Assembly (NCBI GenBank): GCA_039640505.1
Contig: CP046865.1
Span: forward strand, 3,375,661 to 3,439,660
Direction: 5' to 3'
Source: Rhodobacteraceae bacterium Araon29
Lineage (GTDB): Bacteria; Pseudomonadota; Alphaproteobacteria; Rhodobacterales; Rhodobacteraceae
Length of the DNA: 64,000 nucleotides
Under the pieces are notes generated by a model. It was not told where the DNA came from, ran no database searches, and saw only the letters and a program-made list of their open reading frames with translations. Position 1 is the first letter of the stretch. The number at the start of each line of letters is the position of its first letter. The translations under genes were made by a program, and so were the position numbers. Below, piece by piece: positions 63,001-64,000 of this stretch.

Positions 63001-64000
63001 CTACTCCATACCCGTTGACCCGGCCAAAAGTCCTTCGGCCGCAGTTTTAGACGCACTCAGGGTCAAATCGCTATCAAGACCAAAATAAATACATGCAAGC
63101 GCCATGATCCATAGCGGGATCAACATGCTCAAGGGCGCTTCACGCGCAGTTACTTCTTGCGACGGTTCAGTCAGATAAAGCGTTTCGATCACCCGCCAAA
63201 CATAGATCACTGCCAACAACGAAGAGGCAACAATCAGCACTGCAATCGGCCACCACCCGGCCTCAAGCGCTGCCTGCACCAACAACCATTTGCTGATAAA
63301 TCCAGCAGTTCCAGGAATACCAATTAAGGACATCCCCGCGATGACCATGGCCGCGCTGGTCCATGGCATGGTTTTGCCAAGGCCGTTCAAATGATAATAG
63401 AACGACCCACCTGATCGAAGCACGAAAATACCAACGCCCATAAACAAAGCCGCTTTGGTAATTCCGTGGTTGAACAGTTGGATCATAGTGGCCATCAAGC
63501 CGGCTTGTGAGAAAAATGCGATGCCAAGCAGCATATATCCGATCTGTGCAATACTGGAATAGGCCAGCATACGCTTAAGGTCGCGTTGAAAGATTGCCGT
63601 CAAAGACGCTGCAAACATAGCCACCAATGCAAACGGCAAAATGATAACTTCAAGTGTTGGAACCTGAGAAATAAATCCCGGTTGGAACACACTGAACATA
63701 AACCGAAGAAGGACATAGATTGCCACTTTGGTCGCTGTTCCAGCCAAAAACGCAGTGATTGCTGAGGGCGCAAATGTATAGGCATTTGGAAGCCAAAGAT
63801 GCAGCGGATAAATTGCGACTTTAAGTCCGACGCCGACGACGATAAAGGCAAAGGCTGCGCGGACCGTTCGGCTGTCTGATTGGTTGGCGATCCGCTCGGC
63901 CAGATCAGCCATATTCAACGTGCCAGTCGCCATGTAAAGAAAGCCGATCCCTATGACAAAAAATGTCGCGCCGATCGTGCCCATGATCAGATAATCATAA
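63001..64000 (-). CDS. proton-translocating antiporter-like subunit (PF00361 family), 5' partial; gene continues beyond window end
   Basis: The frame stays open through base 64000 (…YDYLIMGTIG…). The listed Met at 63984 is therefore internal. The sequence matches the mid-to-C-terminal part of NuoL/M/N-like proteins. Confidence 0.8.
   Translation of the reverse strand, partial: YDYLIMGTIGATFFVIGIGFLYMATGTLNMADLAERIANQSDSRTVRAAFAFIVVGVGLKVAIYPLHLWLPNAYTFAPSAITAFLAGTATKVAIYVLLRFMFSVFQPGFISQVPTLEVIILPFALVAMFAASLTAIFQRDLKRMLAYSSIAQIGYMLLGIAFFSQAGLMATMIQLFNHGITKAALFMGVGIFVLRSGGSFYYHLNGLGKTMPWTSAAMVIAGMSLIGIPGTAGFISKWLLVQAALEAGWWPIAVLIVASSLLAVIYVWRVIETLYLTEPSQEVTAREAPLSMLIPLWIMALACIYFGLDSDLTLSASKTAAEGLLAGSTGME

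Noticed and set aside
1-64000. CRISPR arrays, rRNA/tRNA genes, integrases/transposases, toxin-antitoxin pairs, phage structural genes
   Set aside because: No regularly spaced direct repeats and no recognisable rRNA/tRNA motifs. No DDE/tyrosine-recombinase-like ORFs. No small paired ORFs typical of TA modules were seen. The window appears to be core chromosome apart from the two compositionally atypical patches noted.

Overview
This is a 64 kb stretch of a moderate-GC, gene-dense bacterial chromosome. Gene content and operon structure (xseB-ispA-dxs, divergent hemE/hemC, NDUFS4-like complex-I accessory gene, SPOR-fused DD-carboxypeptidase, GTG/TTG starts) resemble a marine alphaproteobacterium (inference). 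About 57 protein-coding genes are supported, nearly all housekeeping.

Genes by theme:
- Transport: a peptide/opine-type ABC importer with a fused double ATPase (5' partial at the window start), an ABC-2 exporter pair, a CaCA Ca2+/Na+ antiporter and an EamA/DMT transporter.
- DNA repair: uvrC and uvrB at separate loci, and an AlkZ/YcaQ-like gene overlapping an aldehyde dehydrogenase.
- Heme biosynthesis: hemE, hemC and a frameshifted hemF.
- Serine biosynthesis: serC-serA and serB, with an epimerase in between.
- Other core genes: clpS, msrB-msrA, xseB-ispA-dxs, several SDR-type oxidoreductases and a TPP-dependent enzyme.
- A putrescine/acetylpolyamine-type uptake and catabolism locus: GntR regulator, class-III transaminase, FAD oxidase, PotA/D/B/C-like ABC transporter and an HDAC-family amidohydrolase.

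The stretches that look atypical are:
- a single flotillin/SPFH-like gene in a low-GC pocket;
- a lower-GC segment carrying a cytoplasmic hybrid histidine kinase plus kpsE-kpsT capsule-export genes with no kpsM;
- a decayed pseudogene remnant between the TPP-enzyme gene and the NDUFS4-like gene;
- a hemF frameshift inside a C7 homopolymer;
- at the 3' end, a tandem array of at least three NuoL/MrpD-type proton-translocating antiporter-like subunits plus a 117-aa membrane protein. This array is not arranged like a canonical mrp operon and runs off the window.

No rRNA, tRNA, CRISPR array, integrase or transposase was seen. No claim here rests on a database search. All family assignments come from recognisable motifs in the supplied translations.
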